A stretch of 32,000 bases of DNA from Sinorhizobium meliloti. GTDB taxonomy: Bacteria > Pseudomonadota > Alphaproteobacteria > Rhizobiales > Rhizobiaceae. The position numbers were made by a program, and so were the translations under genes. Where the stretch lies: positions 330,001 to 362,000 of the forward strand of contig NZ_JAGIOS010000001.1 of assembly GCF_017876815.1 (NCBI RefSeq), written 5' to 3'. How positions within the stretch are numbered: the stretch's first letter is position 1; each line of letters starts with the position of its first letter. The notes below the pieces were generated by a model. The model was not told the origin of the DNA. It worked only from the letters and a program-made list of their open reading frames with translations, and did not search any database. Below are positions 8,985 through 18,658 of this stretch, piece after piece.

Positions 8985-10181
8985 ATGGCAACGGTCACGT
9001 CGGCGGGCAGCATCAGCCCGGAAAAGACAGCATTCTCGGTCATCCTGGCGGTCAGCTTCTGTCATATGCTGAACGACATCATGCAATCGCTGCTGACGGC
9101 GCTCTATCCTTTGCTCAAGGAAAATTACGCGCTCGATTTCGTCCAGATCGGCCTTCTGACGTTTACATTTCAGGTGACGGCGTCGATGCTGCAGCCGGCC
9201 ATCGGCATCGTGACGGATCGTTGGGCGCTCCCCTATTCGCTGCCGTTCGCCATGCTCTCGACCTGCATGGGCCTCCTGCTTCTCGCCAATGCCGACCACT
9301 TCTGGATGCTTCTCCTGGCAGCGAGCCTGATCGGCATCGGGTCGGCGATCTTCCATCCCGAATCCTCCCGCGTGGCCCGGCTTGCTTCGGGCGGCCGCCA
9401 CGGCCTGGCACAGTCGCTGTTCCAGGTCGGCGGCAATGCCGGAAGCGCGCTTGGCCCGCTGCTGGCCGCATTCATCGTGCTCCCTTTCGGCCAGGGTAGC
9501 CTCGGTTGGTTCTCCATCGTCGCCATCACCGGGTTCTTCGTGCTTTCCTGGGTGAGCATGTGGTACGTGCGCCACCGCCGCGCGACCATGAGCCGTCCCG
9601 TCCCCAGCCGCGCGCTGCCGTTGCCGAAGACGCGGGTCCTGTGGACGATCGCGATCCTCGTCTTGCTGACGGCTACGAAGAACGTCTATCTCACCAGCAT
9701 CTCGAGCTATTTCACCTTCTTCGTCATCGAAAGGTTCGACACCAGCGTACAGCAGGCGCAGCTGATGCTGTTCCTCTTCCTCGGTTCGGCGGCCGCAGGA
9801 ACCTTCCTCGGCGGCCCGATCGGCGACCGGTACGGCGCCCGCTTCGTCATCTGGTTCTCGATCCTCGGCGTCGTCCCGTTCACCCTTCTTCTGCCCTATG
9901 CGAACCTGTTCTGGACGGGCGTGCTGAGCGTCATCATCGGCCTCATCTTTTCGTCCGCTTTCTCGGCAATCGTCGTCTTCGCGCAGGAACTCGTTCCGGG
10001 CCGGGTGGGGCTGATCGCCGGCGTCTTCTTCGGTTTCGCCTTCGGCGCCGGCGGCATGGGCGCCGCGGTCCTCGGCATCTTCGCCGACCGGCAGGGCATC
10101 GAGTTCGTCTATAAGATCTGCTCCTATCTGCCGCTCCTCGGGCTGCTCACCGTATTTCTGCCGAAGCTGCCCGCGCGATAA
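8985..10181 (+). CDS. MFS transporter, Fsr (fosmidomycin-resistance)-like
   Basis: 12-TM hydrophobic profile. The N-terminus FSVILAVSFCHMLNDIMQSLLTALYPLLKENYALDFVQIGLLTFTFQVTASMLQPAIGIVTDRW lines up with what I recall of E. coli Fsr. ATG 8985 has an AAGGA upstream; ATG 8937 is an alternative. Confidence 0.8.
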   Translation: MATVTSAGSISPEKTAFSVILAVSFCHMLNDIMQSLLTALYPLLKENYALDFVQIGLLTFTFQVTASMLQPAIGIVTDRWALPYSLPFAMLSTCMGLLLLANADHFWMLLLAASLIGIGSAIFHPESSRVARLASGGRHGLAQSLFQVGGNAGSALGPLLAAFIVLPFGQGSLGWFSIVAITGFFVLSWVSMWYVRHRRATMSRPVPSRALPLPKTRVLWTIAILVLLTATKNVYLTSISSYFTFFVIERFDTSVQQAQLMLFLFLGSAAAGTFLGGPIGDRYGARFVIWFSILGVVPFTLLLPYANLFWTGVLSVIIGLIFSSAFSAIVVFAQELVPGRVGLIAGVFFGFAFGAGGMGAAVLGIFADRQGIEFVYKICSYLPLLGLLTVFLPKLPAR

Positions 10182-10187
10182 ACAGGC

Positions 10188-10218
10188 GTGCGGGCGCCTC
10201 GCGCCCGCACGATCTTTG
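10188..10218 (+). terminator. Rho-independent terminator after the MFS gene
   Basis: GTGCGGGCGC (10188-10197) pairs perfectly with GCGCCCGCAC (10201-10210), giving a 9-10 bp GC stem. It is followed by GATCTTTG and begins 7 nt after the stop codon. Confidence 0.6.
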
Positions 10219-10287
10219 CTCCAGCCGTAAGCATTCCTCAATCATTGCCGGATAGCGTCCGGCGATGGGGGTGTGCAGGGGCAGAGA

Positions 10288-11328
10288 ATGAAGGCACGCG
10301 GGGTTATTTCCGTCTTTCTGGCGACACTGCTTTGCGCTTCCGCGAGCCGCGCCGAAACGCTCAACCTGCTTATCTGGGAAGACTATATCGACGAGGGTCT
10401 CATCGACCGCTGGACCGAGAAGACGGGCGTTTCCATCCGCCAGATCAATTTCGACAGCGACGATGCCCGCGACGAGATTCTTGCCGATCCGGGCCGTAAC
10501 ATCGATCTTGTCATCGTCGATGAGAACGGCGCGACGCTTTTCGGACGGAAGGGCATCATCGAGCCGCTCTCCGAGACCAATCTGCCCGCGCTCGAGGACT
10601 ATGCGCCGGAATGGCGCAAATCCTGCGCCGGTTACGGCCTTCCCTACTTCTGGGGCACGGTCGGCATCCTCTATCGCTCCGATATGGTCACGCCGCCACC
10701 GACGTCCTGGCGGGACATGATGCGTCCTGCGCCGGCGCTGCGCAAACACATCGCAATGTTCGCCGACCACAGCGAGATTTTCGTGCCTCCGCTGATGCTG
10801 CTCGGCGCCTCCGTCAATGCCGACGACACGCCGACGCTGAAGGCCGCATTCGCGCTCCTGAAGACGCAGGCCCCATTCGTGCTGACCTACGACTACGTCG
10901 TCACCTCGATCCAGGATCCGGCGTTAGCCGGAAATATATATCTGGCGCTGGGCTACAGCGGCGATCAGCATGTGCTCAACAGCAAAGCCGGCAAGGCGGG
11001 GCTATGGCGCTATTCGGTCCCGAAAGAGGGTACATTGTCGTGGCTCGACTGTTTTTCCGTCACGGCCGCATCCCCTCGCAAGCAACGGGCTCTCGAATTC
11101 CTGAACTTCATCGGGTCGCCCGAGGCCGCCGCTGCCAATGCAATCGCGCTCAACATGCCGACTGCAAGCAACGCGGCGCTCAAGCTCCTTCCGGATACCA
11201 TGCGCTCCGATCCGGAGATCTACCCGCCGACCGAAATCATGGCGAAGAACCAGCATCACCAGGAATTGTCCGTCCGATCTATTGAAGCGCGCCGGCGAAT
11301 CATCAACACGTTGGCGAACTTCCAGTGA
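10288..11328 (+). CDS. periplasmic solute-binding protein, PotD/PotF (polyamine-binding) family; orphan, NspS-like
   Basis: Signal peptide MKARGVISVFLATLLCASASRA. The mature N-terminus ETLNLLIWEDYIDEGLIDRWTEKTGV is the classic PotD/PotF beginning. There are no ABC permease or ATPase genes nearby. The stop overlaps the next gene's GTG. Confidence 0.85.
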   Translation: MKARGVISVFLATLLCASASRAETLNLLIWEDYIDEGLIDRWTEKTGVSIRQINFDSDDARDEILADPGRNIDLVIVDENGATLFGRKGIIEPLSETNLPALEDYAPEWRKSCAGYGLPYFWGTVGILYRSDMVTPPPTSWRDMMRPAPALRKHIAMFADHSEIFVPPLMLLGASVNADDTPTLKAAFALLKTQAPFVLTYDYVVTSIQDPALAGNIYLALGYSGDQHVLNSKAGKAGLWRYSVPKEGTLSWLDCFSVTAASPRKQRALEFLNFIGSPEAAAANAIALNMPTASNAALKLLPDTMRSDPEIYPPTEIMAKNQHHQELSVRSIEARRRIINTLANFQ

Positions 11329-13697
11329 CCCTCGGCAAGCGTGCGCTCATCCTCATCTTTCCGGTCGTGCTGGCGGGTTATCTTCTCGCAGCTCTCTCCG
11401 TTCACGTCGCGCAGAGCCGTTCCATCCGCGCACTCGAGCACGCCAAACTTTCACAACGGCTCGAGCATGCCGCCTCCGTCTTCCAGAACGAGGTTCGGCG
11501 CAGCCGCGGTGCCCTCAACGCGCTCTTGAGCGGCAACGCGCTGCGGCAATACGTGGCCGAAACCGACAAGAAATATCGCGCCAATGCGCTCGGTGTGCGG
11601 CTGCAGGAGAGCCTGACGTCGCTGTCCGACGATCCTGCGGGCTTTATCTCCCTGGCTGTTTTCAACAGCAAGCTGGAAGCGGAGTACTATTTCGAGAACA
11701 GTTGGGATCCCTTTGCGGAAATCGATCCGGCACAGCTCGATCTCGCACGCCAGTTGCTCAACGGATCGAAACTCGGCGACTGGAGCTATGTCGATTCCGC
11801 CGGCGACCGGCCGCGGGTCATCTATTCGCTGTTCGTCGATCCGGTGACCTTTGGCCGGCCGGCTCCCAGCAACAAGGCAAATGCGCTGCTGATGCAGGTT
11901 GCGGTACAGCCCGACCGCTTTCTCAGGCTGCAGGCCCCCCTGAAAAGGGAATATGGCGCCGAGATCGTGCTCCAGCCGTGGCCGCTTGCCGTGACCGACG
12001 ATCTGTCGGCAAGCGTTCCTCTCGGGCCCGCCTTGCATGCGACGCTGACCGTTTCCGATGCGCATTTCGAAGCCCAGATGCTGCGTCAGAAAGTACTCCT
12101 CGCCCTGGGCGCATTGGCCATGAGCCTCTTTTCGATCTGGCTGATCATCGTGCTCATCCGCCGCTTCATCACGGGACCGATCGCAACGCTCGATACCAAC
12201 GTCATGGCGGTGATGGCCGGGGCGCGCGAGGAGATCGCCGAGGTGGACGAGGCCGGCGAGATCGGCCGTCTGACGCGAAACATCCGGGAGATGCATCGAC
12301 AATCCCTGCAGTCGCTCCAACTCGTGCAGCGGAGTTCCTGGACCGACACGTTGACGGGCATCAGCAACCGGGGGCGCTTCAACATGCTTGCCGCGCAGGC
12401 CGTCCAGGAGGCTGTCGCATCCGGCGAGAAATGCAGCCTGCTTTTCATCGACATAGACAATTTCAAGTTCGTCAACGACAAACATGGCCATGATGTCGGC
12501 GACGAGCTCTTGAAAACGCTGGCCACCCGGATCGCACGCGACGTCGAAGAGATCACGCGCAGACGCGGGCAGGAGCCGGCCATCCTGGCGCGGCTCTCCG
12601 GCGACGAATTCGCGGTTCTGTTGCGTTCGCAGCCCGGCGACGGCGCGGTGCAGGAGATCTGCGGCGCGATCCTCGCTCTGTTTTCAGATGGGTTCGAACT
12701 TTCCGGCAAGCGTTATCCGGTCACGGCAAGCATCGGCGTGGCGGCATGTCCTGATGATGCGAGCTCGGTCGCGGAGCTGATCTCGAATGCCGACGCCGCC
12801 ATGTACCAGGCGAAGACCGCCGGCAAGAACCGGTCCGCCCGCTTCTCCCGCGCACTCAACGACAAGCGCACCCGCCAGCGGCAGATCCAGGATGAACTGC
12901 GCTCGCTCGATCCCGACGAACAGTTTCACCTGGTCTACATGCCGATCGTCGACGCCGGCGGAAAAGTCACCGGCTGTGAGGCTCTGTTGCGCTGGCACTC
13001 GCCGGTCCTGGGGCATGTGACGCCCGACGAATTCGTTCCGATAGCCGAGAGCTCCGGTCTGTTCACGAAGATCGACTGGTGGGTCATCGACAAGGCGATG
13101 TCGGATTGCCACCAACTGAAGGCGCTGTTCGGCCCCGATACGGTTCTGGCGATCAACATTTCCTCGGCCGAGCTGCACTCGAAGTCGATCAACGAGCATT
13201 TTTCGGACTGCCTCACGCGCCACGGCCTGGAGGCGCGATCGATCGACATCGAGCTCACCGAAACATTCGCCGTCCAAATCAGCGATCAATTGCGCCTGAA
13301 TATGGAAGAGCTCAGGAGCAAGGGCTTCCGGCTCTCGATAGACGACTTCGGCGCCGGCTACACATCGGTTCAGCAGATCATCGATTATGCCGCCGACACC
13401 ATCAAGCTCGACCGGGCGCTCGTCTCCAACCTGGCCGCTTCGCGATCGCTGGCGGTGCTCAAAGCGGTCGTCGCGCTATGCCACGCGAAGGAGATGACCG
13501 TGGTCGGCGAAGGCGTCGATACGCCGGAAAAGCTCGCCATGCTGACGGCGGCGGGCTGCGATCGCTTCCAGGGCTATCTGATCAGCAAGCCGCTCCCGCT
13601 CGCCGAGCTGGCGATCTGGGCGCTTTCCCGGGTCGCGCTCGCCGCAGACAAGCCGGCTGACGGCGACGGCTGGCCGGTGGCTGCAAGCCGGCGCTGA
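11325..13697 (+). CDS. membrane-bound GGDEF/EAL c-di-GMP enzyme (2 TM, about 225-aa periplasmic domain, HAMP, SGDEF, EAL)
   Basis: GTG start at 11325 overlaps the upstream TGA (GTGA). TM1 is residues 7-29 and TM2 is 256-278. A HAMP-like linker follows. GGDEF-domain motifs are DIDNFKFVNDKHGHDVGD and SGDEF (nt 12597-12611). EAL-domain motifs are EALLRW (nt 12978-12986), INISS, ELTE, DDFGAGYTS, KLDR, EGVD and QGYLISKP. Confidence 0.9.
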   Translation: MTLGKRALILIFPVVLAGYLLAALSVHVAQSRSIRALEHAKLSQRLEHAASVFQNEVRRSRGALNALLSGNALRQYVAETDKKYRANALGVRLQESLTSLSDDPAGFISLAVFNSKLEAEYYFENSWDPFAEIDPAQLDLARQLLNGSKLGDWSYVDSAGDRPRVIYSLFVDPVTFGRPAPSNKANALLMQVAVQPDRFLRLQAPLKREYGAEIVLQPWPLAVTDDLSASVPLGPALHATLTVSDAHFEAQMLRQKVLLALGALAMSLFSIWLIIVLIRRFITGPIATLDTNVMAVMAGAREEIAEVDEAGEIGRLTRNIREMHRQSLQSLQLVQRSSWTDTLTGISNRGRFNMLAAQAVQEAVASGEKCSLLFIDIDNFKFVNDKHGHDVGDELLKTLATRIARDVEEITRRRGQEPAILARLSGDEFAVLLRSQPGDGAVQEICGAILALFSDGFELSGKRYPVTASIGVAACPDDASSVAELISNADAAMYQAKTAGKNRSARFSRALNDKRTRQRQIQDELRSLDPDEQFHLVYMPIVDAGGKVTGCEALLRWHSPVLGHVTPDEFVPIAESSGLFTKIDWWVIDKAMSDCHQLKALFGPDTVLAINISSAELHSKSINEHFSDCLTRHGLEARSIDIELTETFAVQISDQLRLNMEELRSKGFRLSIDDFGAGYTSVQQIIDYAADTIKLDRALVSNLAASRSLAVLKAVVALCHAKEMTVVGEGVDTPEKLAMLTAAGCDRFQGYLISKPLPLAELAIWALSRVALAADKPADGDGWPVAASRR

Positions 13698-13817
13698 CGT
13701 CACTTGCGAGAGAAGGACGCTGGCTGACACCAGGAAATTTGCAGCACGGGCCGCTTTTTCCTTGACCTCGTCCTGCCTGCCGTCTTAACCGCAGCGCAAC
13801 AATTCCTGACGGCGAGG

Positions 13818-15095
13818 ATGGCGATGAAGGTTCTTCTGATCGGATCGGGCGGCCGCGAACATGCGCTTGCATGGAAGATCGCGCAGTCGCCGAGGCTGAC
13901 CAAGCTTTATGCCGCCCCCGGTAATCCGGGCATCGCCGAGGAGGCCGCGATCGTAGACCTCCACACGGAAAATCATGAGGACGTCGTCGATTTCTGCAGG
14001 ACCCATGCGATCGACTTCGTGGTGGTCGGTCCCGAAGCGCCCCTGGTCGCCGGCCTCGGCGACGTGCTTCGCGCGGCCGATATTCCCACCTTCGGCCCTT
14101 CGGCCGCAGCGGCCCAACTCGAAGGCTCCAAGGGTTTCACCAAGGACCTCTGCGCGAGATACGGGATCCCGACCGGCGCCTATAGACGCTTTACCGATGC
14201 CGAGCCCGCCAAGGCCTATATCCGCGAAGAGGGCGCACCGATCGTCATCAAGGCCGACGGGCTTGCCGCCGGCAAGGGCGTGACGGTCGCGATGAGCCTC
14301 GACGAGGCCTTTGCCGCAGTCGACGAATGCTTCGCCGGCGCCTTCGGCGCGGCCGGCGCCGAGGTGGTCGTCGAGGCCTATCTCGACGGCGAGGAAGCGA
14401 GCTTCTTCTGCCTTTGCGACGGCAAGAGCGTACTGCCGCTCGCCTCCGCGCAGGATCATAAGCGTGTCGGCGACGGCGACACCGGGCCGAACACCGGCGG
14501 CATGGGCGCCTATTCGCCCGCGCCCGTCATGACCGCCGAGATGGTGGAACGGACGATGAAAGAGATAATCGAGCCCACCGTCCGCGGCATGGCAGAAAGC
14601 GGTTATCCCTTCACCGGCGTGTTCTTTGCAGGCCTGATGATCACGGAAAAAGGCCCGGAGCTCATCGAATACAATGTCCGCTTCGGCGATCCCGAATGCC
14701 AGGTGCTGATGATGCGGCTCGAGAGCGACCTCCTGCCGCTGCTCTACGCGGCGGCCACCGGAACGCTCGAAGGGATGAAAGCGGAGTGGCGCGACGAAGC
14801 TGCCCTGACCGTGGTGATGGCCTCGCGCGGCTACCCGGGCGCCTACGAGAAAGATACGCCGATCGCGGCCCTGCCCGACGCGTCCGCCGCGACGAAGGTA
14901 TTTCATGCCGGAACCGCAATGAAGGGCGGCGGGCTGGTCGCAGCCGGCGGCCGGGTGCTGAACGTCACCGCCACGGGAAAGACCGTCGGCGAGGCGAAGG
15001 ACGCAGCCTATGCGGCCGTTCGCGACGTCAGCTGGGAGAACGGCTTCTATCGCAACGACATCGGCTGGCGGGCGGTCGCGCGCGAGACTGCCTGA
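13818..15095 (+). CDS. purD: phosphoribosylamine--glycine ligase
   Basis: [23 protein letters not shown] at the N-terminus. ATP-grasp motifs [13 protein letters not shown] and [23 protein letters not shown]-terminal [11 protein letters not shown]. Confidence 0.95.
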   Translation: MAMKVLLIGSGGREHALAWKIAQSPRLTKLYAAPGNPGIAEEAAIVDLHTENHEDVVDFCRTHAIDFVVVGPEAPLVAGLGDVLRAADIPTFGPSAAAAQLEGSKGFTKDLCARYGIPTGAYRRFTDAEPAKAYIREEGAPIVIKADGLAAGKGVTVAMSLDEAFAAVDECFAGAFGAAGAEVVVEAYLDGEEASFFCLCDGKSVLPLASAQDHKRVGDGDTGPNTGGMGAYSPAPVMTAEMVERTMKEIIEPTVRGMAESGYPFTGVFFAGLMITEKGPELIEYNVRFGDPECQVLMMRLESDLLPLLYAAATGTLEGMKAEWRDEAALTVVMASRGYPGAYEKDTPIAALPDASAATKVFHAGTAMKGGGLVAAGGRVLNVTATGKTVGEAKDAAYAAVRDVSWENGFYRNDIGWRAVARETA

Positions 15096-15211
15096 CGGCT
15101 CCAGCGAGCGGCGCTGCAGGAAAAGCCGTATCGTTCAAATTTTATCATCTCTCCTGACCGGGCGGTAAGGGGATACCGCTATTCTCACCTCGACCAATCG
15201 AGGAGAGATCA

Positions 15212-15694
15212 ATGCGTTCCCTGCTGATCACAGCCGCTCTCGTCTATGCCGCCGGTCCCGCGGCAGCCTCTTCGATCGACAACATCACCTCCGGCGAGGC
15301 CGTCAATTCGAGCGTCGCGACGGTTTCCTGCGAGGCTTGCCCGCCCTTGCAGCCAAAGAAGAAGCCTTCCTACGTCGTCCCGGATCTTGCGCCGGGCACG
15401 GATCGCGTGGAGCTCAAGGAAATCCATGGAGAGGTGAAGTCGGTCCGCACGGAGGCGTGGCTGGGCGGCTCGCCGGTGATTTTCGTCAACGATGCATCGG
15501 ATGACGCGATCCGGGCCGCGGGAATGGAGACCAGCGAGCCGGCAGTGGCCGACATCTCGTCAAGCACCCTCCCCGCTAGTATTGCGGAAATCTCCATCGA
15601 CCATACCGCAAAAACCGCCGCGGTTGCCGCGTCTATGGCCAGCGACGGTTCACGGAAAATTGATCCAGCTGCTTTCGATCTTCGCCTAGATTGA
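15212..15694 (+). CDS. hypothetical secreted protein
   Basis: 160-aa ORF with an AGGAG Shine-Dalgarno 6 nt upstream and signal peptide MRSLLITAALVYAAGPAAASS. No family recognised. Confidence 0.55.
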   Translation: MRSLLITAALVYAAGPAAASSIDNITSGEAVNSSVATVSCEACPPLQPKKKPSYVVPDLAPGTDRVELKEIHGEVKSVRTEAWLGGSPVIFVNDASDDAIRAAGMETSEPAVADISSSTLPASIAEISIDHTAKTAAVAASMASDGSRKIDPAAFDLRLD

Positions 15695-15774
15695 CACCAT
15701 ATCATTAAGGTTCCCTGCCCCAGTCAGTCGACGTTCAAGGCTGATGGGCAAATTCGCTGCAATAGCGAGAGGTT

Positions 15775-15799
15775 GCGCCCCTGAGAGAAGCAGGGGCGT
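15775..15799. terminator. GC-rich hairpin between convergent genes (possible bidirectional terminator)
   Basis: CGCCCCTG (15776-15783) pairs with CAGGGGCG (15791-15798) around a 7-nt loop. TAATCTTT follows on the + strand. It sits between the stops of the 15212-15694 ORF and the DUF523 gene. Confidence 0.4.
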
Positions 15800-15823
15800 A
15801 ATCTTTAGGGCGATACCCCAACT

Positions 15824-16342
15824 TCATTGCCAGCCCCCAACTCCATTGCCTGTATCGCCGCCGATCCTCGCGACCAGAGTCTCTATCTCACGATCGGAAT
15901 AGACCTCGACGCCGTTGGCCCGCAGCAGCGCGGCCGTCACGCCCTCACCCGCAATTCGCTCGCCGCTGAACCGGCCGTCATAGATGAAGCCGGAGCCGCA
16001 GGACGGGCTGCCGTCGATCAGCAGGGCAAACCGGCAATTCGTCTCGCGTGCCAGGGCAAGCGCATTCTCCGCAGCGCGGCGAAACTCCGACGTCACATCG
16101 CCGCCCGTCTTTTCGAGGACGCGGCTCCTCCCGGCGAGCACGTCGGCGCCCGTCCTGCCGCCTTCGATCTCGGCCGGCGGACGCGGCACCGGCATGCCGG
16201 CCGACATTTCCGGACAGATGGTGACGAGCCGCCCTTCCCGCCTCCAGCGATCGACCGCCGGGTGAATGAGCGGCTTCGACGCGCCGTCGTAACGCACGGC
16301 ATGTCCCATGAGGCAGGCACTGACGAGAATCCTGGCGGTCAT
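15824..16342 (-). CDS. DUF523 family protein (TudS-like thiouracil desulfidase fold)
   Basis: N-terminal ILVSACLMGHAVRYDG, CPEMSAG and SPSCGSG motifs provide three conserved Cys (C10, C43, C115), as in the 3-Cys [4Fe-4S] DUF523 proteins. Confidence 0.75.
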   Translation of the reverse strand: MTARILVSACLMGHAVRYDGASKPLIHPAVDRWRREGRLVTICPEMSAGMPVPRPPAEIEGGRTGADVLAGRSRVLEKTGGDVTSEFRRAAENALALARETNCRFALLIDGSPSCGSGFIYDGRFSGERIAGEGVTAALLRANGVEVYSDREIETLVARIGGDTGNGVGGWQ

Positions 16343-16401
16343 GGGCCTTCATATCGGCCGGCCGTTAACGCGGCAACCTCTGCAGTGCAGAGCGCTCCGA
16401 G

Positions 16402-18567
16402 TTACCCGGATATCTTCGAGAAGTCCGCCACCTCACCCGTCGCCGAGCGGATGAGGCCCAGGAGCGCGAGGCGGTTGGCACGGATCGCCTTGTCCTCGTC
16501 ATTGACGAGAACGTCATTGAAGAAATCGTCGACCGGTGCGCGCAGTTTCGAGAGCGCCTGCATGGCCGAACGGAAATCCTCTTTGACGATCGCGTCGCGC
16601 GCATCGTCCGACGCCACCTTGATCGAAGCGTGCAGCGTCCGCTCGGCATCGAGCCGGAACAGTGCTTCGTCGACGCTCTCGGCGACTTCCGTACCCTTCT
16701 TCTCTTCGGCAGCCAGGATTTGCGTCGCACGTTTCGTGCCGGTGAGCAGGTTCCTGCCCTCCTCGGCCGTGATGAAGGCGGTCAGCGCCTCGACGCGGCG
16801 GGCGATCATCAACAGGTCGTCCGCATCCGGCGCGAGCACCGCATCGATCAGATCGTATCGCGCGCCGAGATCGCGCAGGTAAACCTTCAGACGATCATGG
16901 AAGAAGGCGAGCAGATCGGCGGAGATCTCGGCTCTGATATCCGGACGCTGTGCCTTCAGCGCGGCGAGCGCCACATCGAAACAGGGCAGAAGCGGCAGCC
17001 GTGCACTTCCCTCCAGAATGAGCCGGATCACGCCGAGTGCCGCACGGCGCAGCGCATAGGGATCCTTGGAGCCGGTCGGCTTTTCATCGATCGCCCAGAA
17101 GCCGACGAGGGTATCGAGCTTGTCGGCAAGCGCCACCGTTGCCGAGACGGGATCGGTCGGCACACGGTCGGATGGTCCTTGCGGCTTGTAGTGATCCTCG
17201 ATCGCATCGGCGACGGCCGCGGCTTCGCCCTGCAGCACTGCATATTTGTGGCCCATGATGCCCTGCAGTTCCGGGAATTCGCCGACTGCCTCGGTGCGCA
17301 GGTCCGCCTTGGCGAGCACGACCGCGCGATCGACGGAGGCCGCATCGGCACCGGTGAGCCTGGCGAGTGCTGCGGCGAGCGAGCGGATGCGGGCGACACG
17401 CTCGCCCTGCGTGCCGAGCTTGGCATGGAAAGTCACGTTCAGGGCGTCGAGCTTTGCCATCCGCTGGTCGAGAGGCTTTTTCAGATCGAGGCCGAACTTC
17501 TCGGCTGACGCCGTCAGCGTTTCGAGATCCGGCAGATCGCTCTGGTCGCGCTTCCAGAAATGCGCCGCGTCGGAGAGCCGCGCACGCACGACCTTGCCGT
17601 TGCCGTGGGCGATCTCCTTGCCGCCGTCCTTCGCCTCGATGTTCGAAACGAGGATGAACCGGTTGGACAGCGTTTCGGCGCCCGGCTTCCGCGTGACGAA
17701 GCATTTCTGGTTGGTCTTGATCGTCAACCGGATGATTTCGGACGGGATTTCGAGATAGCTTTCCTCGAAGCTGCCCATCAGCACCCTCGGCCATTCGACG
17801 AGACCGGCGACTTCCTCCAGGAGGCCCTCGTCCTCGACCAGCTCCAGGCCGTTGGCGAAGGCGACATTGTGGGCGTCGGCGGAGATGATCTCCTTGCGGC
17901 GCTCCGCATCGATCACGACCTTCGCCTTTTCGAGCTTCTCGGCATAGTCGGCGAAGCGGCGGACCGTGATCGCTTCCGGCGCATGGAAACGGTGGCCGTA
18001 GGTGATGTTCGAGGCGACGATGCCATCGACCTCGAAGGGGATCACCTTCGTCTCGTCGTGTTCCGCGCCGAAGGTGCAGACGATCGACTGCAGCGGCCGG
18101 ACCCAGCGAAGGCTGCCCGGTTTCGCCGAAGCGGCACCGGAGCGCATGGATTTCGGCCAGGGAAAGTCGCGGATGATCGCCGGCATCACGTCGGCGATGA
18201 TCTCTTCCGCCTCGCGGCCGGGTTTTACGATGTGCGCGACGTAGAAATCGCCCTTCTTCGGGTCATTATGGACATGAGCCTCGCTGAGGGAAGAGAGGCC
18301 CGCCGCGCGGAGAAAGCCTTCGATCGCCTTCTCGTTCGCGTCGATGCGCGGACCCTTGCGCTCCTCGCGCAGATCGGCGGAGCGCGCGGTCAGGCCGCGG
18401 ATGTCGAGCGCCAGCCGCCTCGGCGTCCAGTATTCGCGCGCGCCTTCATAGGTGAGCCCCGCCTCAACCAGAGCGTCCGTCACGAGCTTCTTCAGATCGC
18501 CGGCCGCCTTGCGCTGCATGCGGGCGGGGATTTCTTCGGATCGCAATTCAATAAGGAGATCGGGCAT
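16402..18567 (-). CDS. glyS: glycine--tRNA ligase beta subunit
   Basis: [18 protein letters not shown] at the N-terminus, typical of GlyS, and 721 aa with conserved blocks throughout. The ORF is trimmed to ATG 18567; the 16 upstream codons were rejected. Confidence 0.95.
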
Positions 18568-18658
18568 GGATTCGAGACTTCGTTCTGTTCCGGAAGGTTG
18601 CGGCGGACTTAGCAAGCTCTGGCGAAAATGTCATCACGGCCGGCGAGGAAATCCGCCA

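Noticed and set aside
8970-10241. 423-aa minus-strand ORF antisense to the MFS transporter
   Set aside because: It is highly charged (Arg/Asp/Glu/Ala) and low-complexity, and it runs through the terminator hairpin. The + strand frame gives a clean 12-TM MFS profile.
11138-12493. 451-aa + strand ORF (and a 346-aa minus-strand ORF at 11451-12491) overlapping the binding-protein and GGDEF/EAL genes
   Set aside because: These are alternative frames of strongly supported genes. The translations are Arg/Ser/Pro-rich without domains, and the annotated frames carry the PotD, HAMP and GGDEF motifs.
13785-14906. 373-aa minus-strand ORF antisense to purD (with similar antisense ORFs at 1441-2481, 15827-16882, 17560-18612 and 26217-27242)
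   Set aside because: All are opposite well-identified enzymes (purD, the FAD oxidoreductase, glyS, ispB) and show antisense-type Arg/Gly/Ala/Asp composition.
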